Below are positions 35,660 to 44,997 of a stretch of DNA of 45,343 nucleotides, piece after piece; the stretch's first letter is position 1; every line of letters starts with the position of its first letter. A program made the translations under genes and the position numbers. The stretch is from the IMG/VR virus record IMGVR_UViG_3300026519_000020, positions 1 through 45,343 of that record. One strand, written 5' to 3'. The stretch comes from a virus. Lineage: Duplodnaviria; Caudoviricetes. The notes under the pieces were generated by a model. That model did no database searches and was not told the DNA's origin. It saw nothing but the letters and a program-made list of their open reading frames with translations.

Positions 35660-36300
35660 AATTAAAACTGTCGCAGGAAATGTTTTGTTACGATTCTCAC
35701 ACGTAACCTGGCAAAATAAGGTTGCGTGTCTGGTTACGTGTGAGAATGAAGCACTTTTATTGTAGGGTTATTATGTCGCGCGTGGTGACAGTGTGATTTC
35801 TGGTGTTGCCAAATATACTATTTTGGTCATAGTGTCGCAGAAAATTACTGTCGCAGAAAATGACAGTTTTTTAAAACTTGTTATAAATCAATAACTTAAA
35901 ACTGTCGCAAATGATGTTTTTAAAGGTTACGTGTCACTAAGTTGTTGATTTATAAGAGGAAACACTATTCTCACACTTAACCTATATAAGCATATTACTA
36001 ATATACTGAAATAGGTTGCATGTGGTAAGCTGTTGATTTATATAGACTGTCACCATTCTCACACTTAACCTATTTCAGTATTTACTTATATATAATATAT
36101 ATATATATCAATAACTTACGGTGAACTGTAGTCTGTGGTGTTGGTTGTAAAACGTAATATCAATGACTTACGACATGCAACCTGTAACCTTTTCGCAAGT
36201 TGACAGCGGTGAAAAAATGAAATGTTTAAAAACATAGTTACGGGTTATGTGCATCCCAGGTTAAAGGTTGTGTGTCGCAGAAAATGACAGTTTTCAAACA
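35660..36300. repeat. Non-coding repeat-rich region (candidate packaging site/origin) with five IHF-consensus boxes
   Basis: WATCAANNNNTTR at 35886, 35938(-), 36026(-), 36106, 36158; TGTCGCA x5; ATTCTCACACKTAACCT x3 plus an inverted copy; TA run. Confidence 0.75.
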
Positions 36301-36308
36301 CTTATACT

Positions 36309-36318
36309 GTGCTACAAT
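36309..36318 (+). promoter_or_regulatory. Putative extended -10 late promoter (TGcTACAAT)
   Basis: About 30 nt upstream of TerS ATG; no good -35. Confidence 0.5.
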
Positions 36319-36346
36319 TTAATCATTTGAATAAATTTGGTGAGAT

Positions 36347-36787
36347 ATGCCGAAAAGAATTACATCACTTGAATTGACCAGATTGAAACCGTCGTATGCA
36401 AACTTTGTCGTTGAATACGTTAAAGACTTTGCGCCCAGGCGTGCAGCTGAAGCATCCGGTTTTTCACCGGATACTGGTTATCAGCTGAAAGAACGTCCTG
36501 AGATTGTTGCAGCTATTGAACACATATTATCGCAGCGACTTGAAGCCAGCGATATCGATGCTGAATGGGTTTTGCTTGAAGCGGTTGATAATCATTATAT
36601 CGCCAGGCAACAAGGTAACATTTCAGCAAGCAACACGTCGCTAAACCTGGTGGCCAAGCATGTGTTTGTTGATGCTTTTGCAGCTGAGAAAGTTGAAGTG
36701 AATAGCGATAAAGAAGTTATGAGCCGGCTTCTGCGAGGCCGTAAGCGGTTAAATCAGGATAATGATGATTCTGTATCATTCTTGTGA
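36347..36787 (+). CDS. Terminase small subunit
   Basis: FV.EY.KD.....AA..SG.S...G..L...PEI..AI HTH; I.AEWVL. Confidence 0.85.
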   Translation: MPKRITSLELTRLKPSYANFVVEYVKDFAPRRAAEASGFSPDTGYQLKERPEIVAAIEHILSQRLEASDIDAEWVLLEAVDNHYIARQQGNISASNTSLNLVAKHVFVDAFAAEKVEVNSDKEVMSRLLRGRKRLNQDNDDSVSFL

Positions 36788-36800
36788 TACGCTGTCATAT

Positions 36801-36869
36801 GTATCCTGTTGGGTGCCGGTATAACGATTTGTCCGTCACCACGAATTGTGTGCATTCAACAGGATTTTT
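36801..36869 (+). ncRNA. Putative ~70-nt small RNA or attenuating leader
   Basis: 14-bp closing stem ATCCTGTTGGGTGC/GCATTCAACAGGAT plus T-run; TGaTACGCT extended -10 at 36785-36793. Confidence 0.45.
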
Positions 36870-36890
36870 AAATTTAAAGGTTAAATTACT

Positions 36891-38684
36891 ATGCCAGCCA
36901 CAAACCTACCACCGACGCGCTCGGTTAATGTAAGCGACTATACGCCGTATATTGCAAATCCAGATGGCGTGGATGGGAGTATCCACTCCAATGACCCAAG
37001 TGCCACAAATAACAACACCCTCGGCACAGGCGCAAGTGTTAAATTATTTAACATTGCATTAACCACTGCTGGTCGGTTTAGTTTTTACATTGATTATTCT
37101 GAGCTTGCAACTACCGGCACCCATACATTTTATGTACAACGTACACATGGGACAGTAGGTGCTGTTTCAGTTGATTATGCAACTTCGGGTGACGCTCATA
37201 CAACTACATCAGGTACTTTAAGCTGGGCAGATGGTCAAGCTGGCATTCAGTCTTTTGAAGTGGTTGTGCCGACTAAAGCAGATGCAGGCGACCATCGTAT
37301 TGTAGCAACACTCTCAAATGCAAGCGGTGGAGCAGTGTTGCATCACGGGGCTAAGACGATAGCTTATGGCGTGATTGATGATGGTACGATTGCAAGTGAT
37401 GCGGATGCGGTGTTTTATGATTCTGCGGCAACAGGCGGTACAGGTACGCAAGCTGATCCTTATGGCTCGATTTATACGGCGATTGCAAACGTAGGTGCAA
37501 AAAGGTATTTGTATCTGCGTGGTACAATGACTCCCGATACAACAAACACTGTAAACCCAAACGGTGGCGGTGGGATAATAAGGGTTGTTACTTTGCCTAA
37601 CGGCAGAACAAGTGAATCAAACAGGCTTTATATACAAAATTGGCCTGGAAGCACTTTCACATTGGACGGTTTAACCGGAACTGATGTGGCTGGGTTTTAT
37701 AAAAACGGTAATGGTTCTTATATAACATTTAAAGGTTTAGACTTTAGAAACTTAAACACTACTTTTGATCTTTTTACAGAATGTTTTGGAATTGGTTACT
37801 TTATAACTGCAAATACAGATGTAAATGTAGAATATTGTTCCTTTGATAATTTAGATGGTGGCTCTAACACCGCTGGGTTTGTAGCTAATTATATTACAGG
37901 TCTTAAGATGTGGAGGAACACGTCAAATAATACTAAGTTTAGAGGTAGCAACACAAACGGTAACGCTTCTGGGTTGTGTCAATATTACGGGTGTGCTAAC
38001 ACATCTTATATGCGTAACACGGTTACTCTATGCGGCATAAGCATTTTTGCTAAACGCCCTGTTGCAACTGACATATCACCGAATGTTAGTTTTAACATTT
38101 TAAAAGGTGTTGTTGGTTTGCAGCTATCATTTGCAAGTGCTAATCAAGGAGCGAATTATTTAATTGTTAATGGCAACTTGTTTAAAGATAATACGATTTA
38201 TTATGGTTATCAGTGTGCGGGAAGCAATCCTGATGTTACAGCTAAAAACTGGATTGCAAACAATGTTTTTGATAATTGTGGAGGTGGCGACAATGGCGCT
38301 ATTTATTTAAAGGATTCGTATGATTATCAAATATTTAATAACATAATGTATAATTGCAGAAAAGTTTGGGATGTGCCTGAAACTGTTGCGCTGCAATCAA
38401 ACACAGCAAAGAATCTTATCGATTATGCTGATTTCAATCAGGAATTCGGTACTACAGCGCCCGGTGCAATGTATGAATATTTAAGCTTAACTTATGCAGA
38501 TGCAAGCTTGTTAAATGCGGCTGTTCCTCGGTTGGCTGCAAATGACACATCAGGCGATCCTCTATTCACTAACCCAGCACTTGATGATTATACGTTGCAA
38601 GTCGGCTCATCTGCTATTGCAACAGGTGTCAATGCTACAGATAAAGGCATCTATTTAACAGGCAATGAGGTCGTTGGCGCATAA
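36891..38684 (+). CDS. Calx-beta plus right-handed parallel beta-helix protein (putative head fibre/depolymerase)
   Basis: V.RT.G..GAVSVDY.T....SGTLSW.DG, G.GT.ADPY..I, repeated I.NN.F strands, GDPLF.N....DY.LQ..S.AI..G. Confidence 0.8.
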   Translation: MPATNLPPTRSVNVSDYTPYIANPDGVDGSIHSNDPSATNNNTLGTGASVKLFNIALTTAGRFSFYIDYSELATTGTHTFYVQRTHGTVGAVSVDYATSGDAHTTTSGTLSWADGQAGIQSFEVVVPTKADAGDHRIVATLSNASGGAVLHHGAKTIAYGVIDDGTIASDADAVFYDSAATGGTGTQADPYGSIYTAIANVGAKRYLYLRGTMTPDTTNTVNPNGGGGIIRVVTLPNGRTSESNRLYIQNWPGSTFTLDGLTGTDVAGFYKNGNGSYITFKGLDFRNLNTTFDLFTECFGIGYFITANTDVNVEYCSFDNLDGGSNTAGFVANYITGLKMWRNTSNNTKFRGSNTNGNASGLCQYYGCANTSYMRNTVTLCGISIFAKRPVATDISPNVSFNILKGVVGLQLSFASANQGANYLIVNGNLFKDNTIYYGYQCAGSNPDVTAKNWIANNVFDNCGGGDNGAIYLKDSYDYQIFNNIMYNCRKVWDVPETVALQSNTAKNLIDYADFNQEFGTTAPGAMYEYLSLTYADASLLNAAVPRLAANDTSGDPLFTNPALDDYTLQVGSSAIATGVNATDKGIYLTGNEVVGA

Positions 38685-40285
38685 TGGCACTAGAACAAAG
38701 ATATATAAATACAGCAAGTACACCTGGCGGCGATGGTACTACTAATGCAATAACAGGTGCGAATCGTGCTTATGCTTCGGCAAGTGAATGGGAAACTGCG
38801 GAACAAAAAGATTTGGTTGCAGCAGGAAACAATCATGTTGTAAACGCAACCGGAATCTCCGCAGATAATACAGCCCTTATAATCTCTGGCTGGACAACAT
38901 CGGCTACAAATAACATTGTATTCAACGGCGAAAGCAACGGTATCTGGGATACTAGCAAATATAGAATAACATCAACAGATTGGGATGCAACGGTACAAAT
39001 TTTAACTGGTTTTGTAGAATTTAATAATGTTTCTGTTGATAATACAGGTACAGGAGGCGGGAGTTATGCCGGTGTATATATTGGACTTACATCAGGTGAT
39101 GTGACTGTAGATAGTTGCTGTATAAGAAAATCTGTTGCAAACGCTGCTACAACTACACAAGGCATAACCGTTGTTTCCTCAGCTACAGGGGCAGTTAGTC
39201 TCCTGAATAATATTATCTATGATTATCATAGAGGTATATCTGCAAGTACAGGTACAAACTCAGAATTTAATATATATAACAATACAATTTTTGTATCTGG
39301 AGATGTTGGTATAGGCCTTTCATTATGGGGAGCAACTGACACTTTAAGTTGCATAAATAATATTATACAAAATGCCACAGCCACAGATTTCTCAATTGTA
39401 TCTACTGCTACAACACAAAATATTGATTACAACTTATCTCAAGATGCGACCGCAACAGGGACTAATTCAGTTGTAAATACGCTGCTTACTTTTTCTGATA
39501 AAGCAGGTAAAGATTTTCATCTTGCCGGTAGTGACACGGCAGCTATTAATGCGGGTAGTGATTTAAGTTCAGATACTTATTTTGCGTTTAACTATGATAT
39601 TGACGGGGATATTCGTAGCACATGGGATATAGGTGCTGATGAATACACAGTCGCAGGCGCATCCATAACAGCATCAGACGCAACTGCAACACGCGGTCAA
39701 ACAAATTACAATTTCACCTTATCCGGTGGTGATGCAACTCCGGGTACAGCTACTTTAAGTGATGGTACTAATACAGCCCCTATTACAATTACAACTTACA
39801 ATCCTAACGGCGTATGTACTGCAACTATCCCAAGTGATATTGCAATTATGTACGACACTGCGGCAGTTTTAACATTTACAGATGCGACAAGTGGTACACC
39901 CACTGCAATTGTAGACTTTCAACCTGAAGCTGGGTTTAGTTACCGAAACATAATAGACGTAACGAATGTGGGTACAAGTGCTTCAATCCTGTTTGGATAC
40001 AATGGCGCTGCACCGACAATTAATATGCAAGTCTTGTTTACTCCTTTGACAAATGTAACAAGTAAAGCCTTTAATGTTAAAGATACAACCGCTTGGTCAA
40101 ATACCCCAGTTGTAACTCAAACTGAAACTGTGCAAATACAAGCAATCAGTACTGATGGGTCTCAGGGCAGCGTGCAGACGTTTACGTTGAATGTTGGGGG
40201 CGGGGGGAGTTATTTAGGGAATGAAAACCTGGTATCAACACTTAATAAATCACTTGTACAGACTTTAGTGAAGAAGCTCATTTAA
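38684..40285 (+). CDS. Parallel beta-helix plus Ig-like protein (putative virion adhesin)
   Basis: NNII/YNNTI strands, DFHL...D..AI.AG...DIDG..R..WDIGADEY, Thr-rich beta C-terminus. Confidence 0.8.
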   Translation: MALEQRYINTASTPGGDGTTNAITGANRAYASASEWETAEQKDLVAAGNNHVVNATGISADNTALIISGWTTSATNNIVFNGESNGIWDTSKYRITSTDWDATVQILTGFVEFNNVSVDNTGTGGGSYAGVYIGLTSGDVTVDSCCIRKSVANAATTTQGITVVSSATGAVSLLNNIIYDYHRGISASTGTNSEFNIYNNTIFVSGDVGIGLSLWGATDTLSCINNIIQNATATDFSIVSTATTQNIDYNLSQDATATGTNSVVNTLLTFSDKAGKDFHLAGSDTAAINAGSDLSSDTYFAFNYDIDGDIRSTWDIGADEYTVAGASITASDATATRGQTNYNFTLSGGDATPGTATLSDGTNTAPITITTYNPNGVCTATIPSDIAIMYDTAAVLTFTDATSGTPTAIVDFQPEAGFSYRNIIDVTNVGTSASILFGYNGAAPTINMQVLFTPLTNVTSKAFNVKDTTAWSNTPVVTQTETVQIQAISTDGSQGSVQTFTLNVGGGGSYLGNENLVSTLNKSLVQTLVKKLI

Positions 40286-40301
40286 ACATTGGAGATCAAT
40301 T

Positions 40302-40580
40302 ATGAAAACAATAATCACAGCACAGACAGCGGCAGCAACTGCTAAAATTCAGCTTGATGCAGGTATTTATACGATATCCGCAGGAAAATTAGCAACAACC
40401 GAAGTCGTAACATTTCAATTAGATGAAGAAAATGTATCGGCACTTGGTAATTTACAGCAAGATGGCGCCATCCGACAATTAACTGCAACACATAACGCAA
40501 TGACAATACAAGGTCCAATAGATTTACAGGTGTCAAAATCGACAACAGCTGCCGCTGTTAGCGTTCATTTTAAAGGTTAA
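40302..40580 (+). CDS. Small beta-rich protein (possible fibre base/adaptor)
   Basis: GGAGA RBS; Thr/Ala beta composition. Confidence 0.7.
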   Translation: MKTIITAQTAAATAKIQLDAGIYTISAGKLATTEVVTFQLDEENVSALGNLQQDGAIRQLTATHNAMTIQGPIDLQVSKSTTAAAVSVHFKG

Positions 40581-40582
40581 TT

Positions 40583-42145
40583 ATGGGAACAGTTACATCA
40601 GCAATGACAGTTAGCGGTGAATATGCGACCGGGCAAGTTGATCTCATTCTCGCTGATGAATGTTCAAGGTTTTATGCTAAACCTTATGAATGGGTGATGT
40701 GGGCTTTTGACTGGGGTTATGATGAACTTGAAGGATTTAACGGACCTGACACTTGGCAACGCGACAGATTAATCGATATCGGTAATGAAGTATTAAAACG
40801 TGACTTTGACGGTGTAACACCGGTTGACCCGATACGTGAAGCTACTGCATCAGGTCACGGCATTGGAAAAAGCGCACTTACTGCATGGATAATCCTCTGG
40901 ATAATGTCAACACGACCGTATGCTAAAGGGATTGTCACGGCGAACACGTCAGACCAATTACGCACTAAAACATGGGGTGAACTTGGTAAATGGCGCACCA
41001 GGTGTATCGTCGGTCACTGGTTTGAATATAATAACGGTCGCGGTTCAATGTCTCTATATCACAAGTCGTGGCCTGAATCCTGGCGTGTAGATGCACAAAC
41101 GTGCCGCGAAGAAAACTCTGAAGCCTTTGCCGGGCTTCATTCTGCAAACTCAACACCGTTTTACATATTTGATGAAGCGAGTGCGGTACCGGATAAAATA
41201 TGGGAAGTAGCTGAAGGTGGATTAACCGACGGTGAACCGATGTTCTTTGTTTTCGGCAATCCTACAAGAAACACTGGTAAATTTCGTGAATGTTTTAATC
41301 GAAGTAAGCATCGATGGTCAACACATCAAATTGACAGCAGAACAGCTAAAATGACTAATAAAAAGCTGATAAAACAATGGCTGGATGACTGGGGTGAAGA
41401 TTCCGATTTCTTCAGGGTGCGTGTACTAGGTCGTTTTCCTAAAGCTGGTGACATGCAGTTTATACCAAATGATGTTGTGTTTGATGCAATGAAACGCGGT
41501 TCCGGGCGATATTTGGGTGATGACCCCTTGATATGCGGTATCGATCTCGCACGTGGTGGTGATGATGACTGCATGATACAATTCAGGCGTGGCCAGGATG
41601 CCAAATCTGAAAAAGTTTATAGAATAACAGGTGAGAATTCACGCGATAGCATGAGAGTTGCTGCTAAATTAGCTGATATATTAGATCGGCACAAACCTGA
41701 TATATCATTTCTCGATGTTGGTAGCATGGGTGGTCCTATCGGTGACAGATTGCGACAGCTTGGTTATGATGTCATTGATGTCGGTTTCGGTCATGTTGCA
41801 TCTGATGAAACACGATACGCTAATAAAACATCTGAAATGGGGTATCGGTGCCGAGAATGGCTGATTAACGGTGGTTCAATTGTTGATGACGCACAGCTTG
41901 AAGAAGAATTAACGTCACGTAAATTCGATCATGATAAAAAAGATCGATTAATCCTTGAATCAAAAAAAGATATGAAGAAGTTAATAGGTGTTTCACCTGA
42001 CTGGGCTGATGCATTATATTTAACATTTGCTCAAATTGTACCGAAGTTAGCCAACCCTCGCGGTTTACGTGATGCAGCTATCCCAATACGTAATAAAAAT
42101 AACAGTGATTACAACCCTTTAGATTGCATGAGTGCAGATTTGTGA
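40583..42145 (+). CDS. Terminase large subunit
   Basis: SGHGIGKS, FDEAS, GNPT, GID.ARGG.D, SPD.ADA..LTF. Confidence 0.95.
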   Translation: MGTVTSAMTVSGEYATGQVDLILADECSRFYAKPYEWVMWAFDWGYDELEGFNGPDTWQRDRLIDIGNEVLKRDFDGVTPVDPIREATASGHGIGKSALTAWIILWIMSTRPYAKGIVTANTSDQLRTKTWGELGKWRTRCIVGHWFEYNNGRGSMSLYHKSWPESWRVDAQTCREENSEAFAGLHSANSTPFYIFDEASAVPDKIWEVAEGGLTDGEPMFFVFGNPTRNTGKFRECFNRSKHRWSTHQIDSRTAKMTNKKLIKQWLDDWGEDSDFFRVRVLGRFPKAGDMQFIPNDVVFDAMKRGSGRYLGDDPLICGIDLARGGDDDCMIQFRRGQDAKSEKVYRITGENSRDSMRVAAKLADILDRHKPDISFLDVGSMGGPIGDRLRQLGYDVIDVGFGHVASDETRYANKTSEMGYRCREWLINGGSIVDDAQLEEELTSRKFDHDKKDRLILESKKDMKKLIGVSPDWADALYLTFAQIVPKLANPRGLRDAAIPIRNKNNSDYNPLDCMSADL

Positions 42146-42185
42146 TAATATCAATAATATTAAGTACATGCGCGAGGTACATATA

Positions 42186-42413
42186 ATGTGTATATTTCCA
42201 AAATCAACAGAAGCACCTGCTACACCTGCTAAACAACCTGAAGCAGCTCAAACCCCGGTTGTTGCTCCAACAGCACGTCGTCGTGATGATGACGCTAAAC
42301 GTCGTCGTCGCGCAGGTGCTGCTGGCGGCTTAGGTGTGGGTACAATTTTAACTGGTCCCCGCGGTGTTACAGAAGGCGCTGCAACATCCGCTAAAACATT
42401 ATTAGGTCAATAA
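42186..42413 (+). CDS. Small virion assembly protein (T7 gp7.3-like position)
   Basis: GAGGT RBS before ATG 42186; MC start, Pro-rich, TILTG..G.......KTLLGQ end. Confidence 0.75.
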   Translation: MCIFPKSTEAPATPAKQPEAAQTPVVAPTARRRDDDAKRRRRAGAAGGLGVGTILTGPRGVTEGAATSAKTLLGQ

Positions 42414-42415
42414 AC

Positions 42416-44089
42416 ATGCCAACAATCAGAAGTTTTAATAAACGACTTGAAGCATTGCGTTCTGAACGTAGTACTTTCTTACCGCTGTGGCGTGAATTAT
42501 CCGATTATCATTTAGCACATCGTGGGCGATTTTTAACATCTGATAGAAATAAAGGTTATAAGCGCAACACAAAACAAATTAACAATTCTAGTCGTTTGGC
42601 TAGTCGAACATTGGCATCCGGTATGATGGCCGGTATTACATCACCTGCTCGCCCCTGGTTTCGACTTGGTTCTGGCGATAAGGAACTGGATGAAATTACA
42701 TCAGTAAAATTGTGGTTATATGCTGTAACAACAATAATGTACAAAGTGTTTTCGTCATCTAACTTCTATAACTCACTGCATCAATTATATTCTGAATTAG
42801 GGGTATTTGGTACCGCGTCAATGGGTATTTATGAAGATTTTGAAAATGTCATATGGTGTAAACCGTACACGATTGGCAGTTATATGTTAGGTATGGATAG
42901 TCAAAATGTTAATGATACGTTGTATCGTGAATATGAATTATCAGTTGGACAAACAGTAAAACAATTCGGCATTGATAACTGTAGTGATTCAGTTAAAAGA
43001 CAGTGGGAAACCGGTAATACTGAAGCATGGGTTAAAATAGTTCATGCTATTGAACCGAATGATGATAGAGATATGAACAGTATTAAATCATCCGATATGC
43101 CATTCCGATCTGTTTATTATGAGAAAGATAATAATTCAAAAACACCCGAAGAAAAGTTCTTACGTGAGTCAGGATTTGAAGAATACCCTATCGTGTCACC
43201 GCGATGGGATGTAACAGGTGAGGATATATATGCTACTGATTCACCAGGTATTACATCCATTGGTGATGTTAAAGCCTTGCAACTTGCTGAACGTCGTAAA
43301 TATCAAGCAATTGATAAGCTTGTAAATCCACCATTACAAGGTTCGGCATCACTTAAAAATAAAATGAAAGGTGATCAACTTGGACCAAATGAAATCGTTT
43401 GGCATAATGAGAATGATGCAGGCTTAAAAAGCATATATCAGAATTATCGACCTGAAGTTGAACAGCTTAAAGAAGAAATACTGAGTGTTGAAGACAGAGT
43501 AAGTCGGGCATTTTATGAAGATTTATTTTTAATGATTGCTAATTCTGATCGTCGTCAAATTACTGCGCGTGAAATTGCTGAAAAACAAGAAGAAAAATTA
43601 CTGATGTTAGGTCCAGTTCTTGAACGACTGCATACAGAATTACTCGACCCTGTTATTGACAGAACATTTAACATATTACAAAGAGCCGGTGTACTTCCAC
43701 CCCCACCCGCAGAACTTCAAAATCGAGATTTGAACGTTGAATATGTATCAATTTTGGCGCAGGCACAACGTCTTGTTAATACAGGTGCCATTGACCGCAT
43801 GACGGAGTTTGCAGGTAATGTTGCAAATGTTTGGCCTACAGCCCGTCATAAGATAAACATTAATCAAGCCATTGATGATTACGGTAACGCGCTCGGTGTG
43901 AACCCGGCAATGGTTGTTTCCGATACCGAAGCAGCCGAAGCAGCCGCAGCTGAAGCACAGATGCAACAACAAATGGCTGCAATGGAACAAGCCGCTGCCG
44001 CTGCTAATATTGCTAAAACAGCATCGGAAACTGAACCAGGTGGAGATAATGCGCTTGGTCAAATGATGGAATCAGCAGGGTTAAGTTAA
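42416..44089 (+). CDS. Portal (head-tail connector) protein
   Basis: LASG.M.G.TSP.RPWF.L, FGT, TA.EI.....EKL..LGPV.ERL..E.L.P.I.R.F. Confidence 0.95.
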   Translation: MPTIRSFNKRLEALRSERSTFLPLWRELSDYHLAHRGRFLTSDRNKGYKRNTKQINNSSRLASRTLASGMMAGITSPARPWFRLGSGDKELDEITSVKLWLYAVTTIMYKVFSSSNFYNSLHQLYSELGVFGTASMGIYEDFENVIWCKPYTIGSYMLGMDSQNVNDTLYREYELSVGQTVKQFGIDNCSDSVKRQWETGNTEAWVKIVHAIEPNDDRDMNSIKSSDMPFRSVYYEKDNNSKTPEEKFLRESGFEEYPIVSPRWDVTGEDIYATDSPGITSIGDVKALQLAERRKYQAIDKLVNPPLQGSASLKNKMKGDQLGPNEIVWHNENDAGLKSIYQNYRPEVEQLKEEILSVEDRVSRAFYEDLFLMIANSDRRQITAREIAEKQEEKLLMLGPVLERLHTELLDPVIDRTFNILQRAGVLPPPPAELQNRDLNVEYVSILAQAQRLVNTGAIDRMTEFAGNVANVWPTARHKININQAIDDYGNALGVNPAMVVSDTEAAEAAAAEAQMQQQMAAMEQAAAAANIAKTASETEPGGDNALGQMMESAGLS

Positions 44090-44334
44090 TGAATGATAAA
44101 AAGAAATTTGACACTGATGAATTAGTTGTTCAGAATATAATGAAATATGAAGACGGTCGAGGTTTTATATATAAGCATTTGCTAATGTGTAACGTATTTG
44201 ACAGCACATTCAATAATGATTCAATTCAACATGCGTATCAAGCCGGTAAACGTAAGGCAGGATTGCAGATTGTTGATGATTTAAAGCAATATGCACCAGA
44301 ATACTATGTGAAAATGATACAGGAGAATATGTAA
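44089..44334 (+). CDS. Bbp19-like small protein
   Basis: M....GR.F....L..C.VF..TF......AY..G.R..GL; between portal and scaffold. Confidence 0.75.
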   Translation: MNDKKKFDTDELVVQNIMKYEDGRGFIYKHLLMCNVFDSTFNNDSIQHAYQAGKRKAGLQIVDDLKQYAPEYYVKMIQENM

Positions 44335-44981
44335 TGGGTGATGAAACCAGCACGACTGATACCACTAATACTGGTGATAATGAAACAATTTTAACGGGTG
44401 CCACTGAAGAAGGTACCGGTAAAGAATCTACGGCAACTGATAAAACGGGTGCCGATGATAAAACCACTGTTGATTCAGACAGTGGAGAAACTGGTAAAGA
44501 AAGTAGTGATGCTATACCTGACACTTATGCCGATTTTACAATGCCGGAGAATATTACAATAGACGAAAATGCACTTAATCAAGCACTTCCTATTTTTAAA
44601 GAATTGGAATTGACTCAAGAGCAAGCTCAAAAAATTGTAAGTCTTCAAGCAGAATTAGTCCAGGCGAGTTCACAAAAGCAGATTGACGATTTTAATCAGT
44701 TGAAGAATGACTGGCGTACAGAAGCAAGTAATGACAAAGAAATTGGCGGCGATAAATTTGATGAAAATGTCAAAGTTGGGATACGAGCCGTTGATGCTTA
44801 TGGTACACCGGAATTAAAGCAACTACTGGATGAACAAGGTTTGGGAAACCATCCCGAAGTTATCCGGTTTATGGTTCGCGTAGGTCAGACGTTGAAAGAA
44901 GATGTTCCAGGTACAACTGGAGGGAACATTTCAACAGCAAAAGATCGCGTGACTCAAATGTATGGTGATCAATCTAAATAA
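44334..44981 (+). CDS. Capsid scaffolding protein
   Basis: Acidic N-terminus, P..Y.DF..PE, L.LTQEQAQK, GLGNHPE.IR....VG..L.ED. Confidence 0.85.
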   Translation: MGDETSTTDTTNTGDNETILTGATEEGTGKESTATDKTGADDKTTVDSDSGETGKESSDAIPDTYADFTMPENITIDENALNQALPIFKELELTQEQAQKIVSLQAELVQASSQKQIDDFNQLKNDWRTEASNDKEIGGDKFDENVKVGIRAVDAYGTPELKQLLDEQGLGNHPEVIRFMVRVGQTLKEDVPGTTGGNISTAKDRVTQMYGDQSK

Positions 44982-44997
44982 CTAATGAGGTATAAAA

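Noticed and set aside
35660-36300. CRISPR or mini-array
   Set aside because: Repeats are short, mixed in orientation and irregularly spaced; the only Cas4-like gene is the ordinary DUF2800 nuclease
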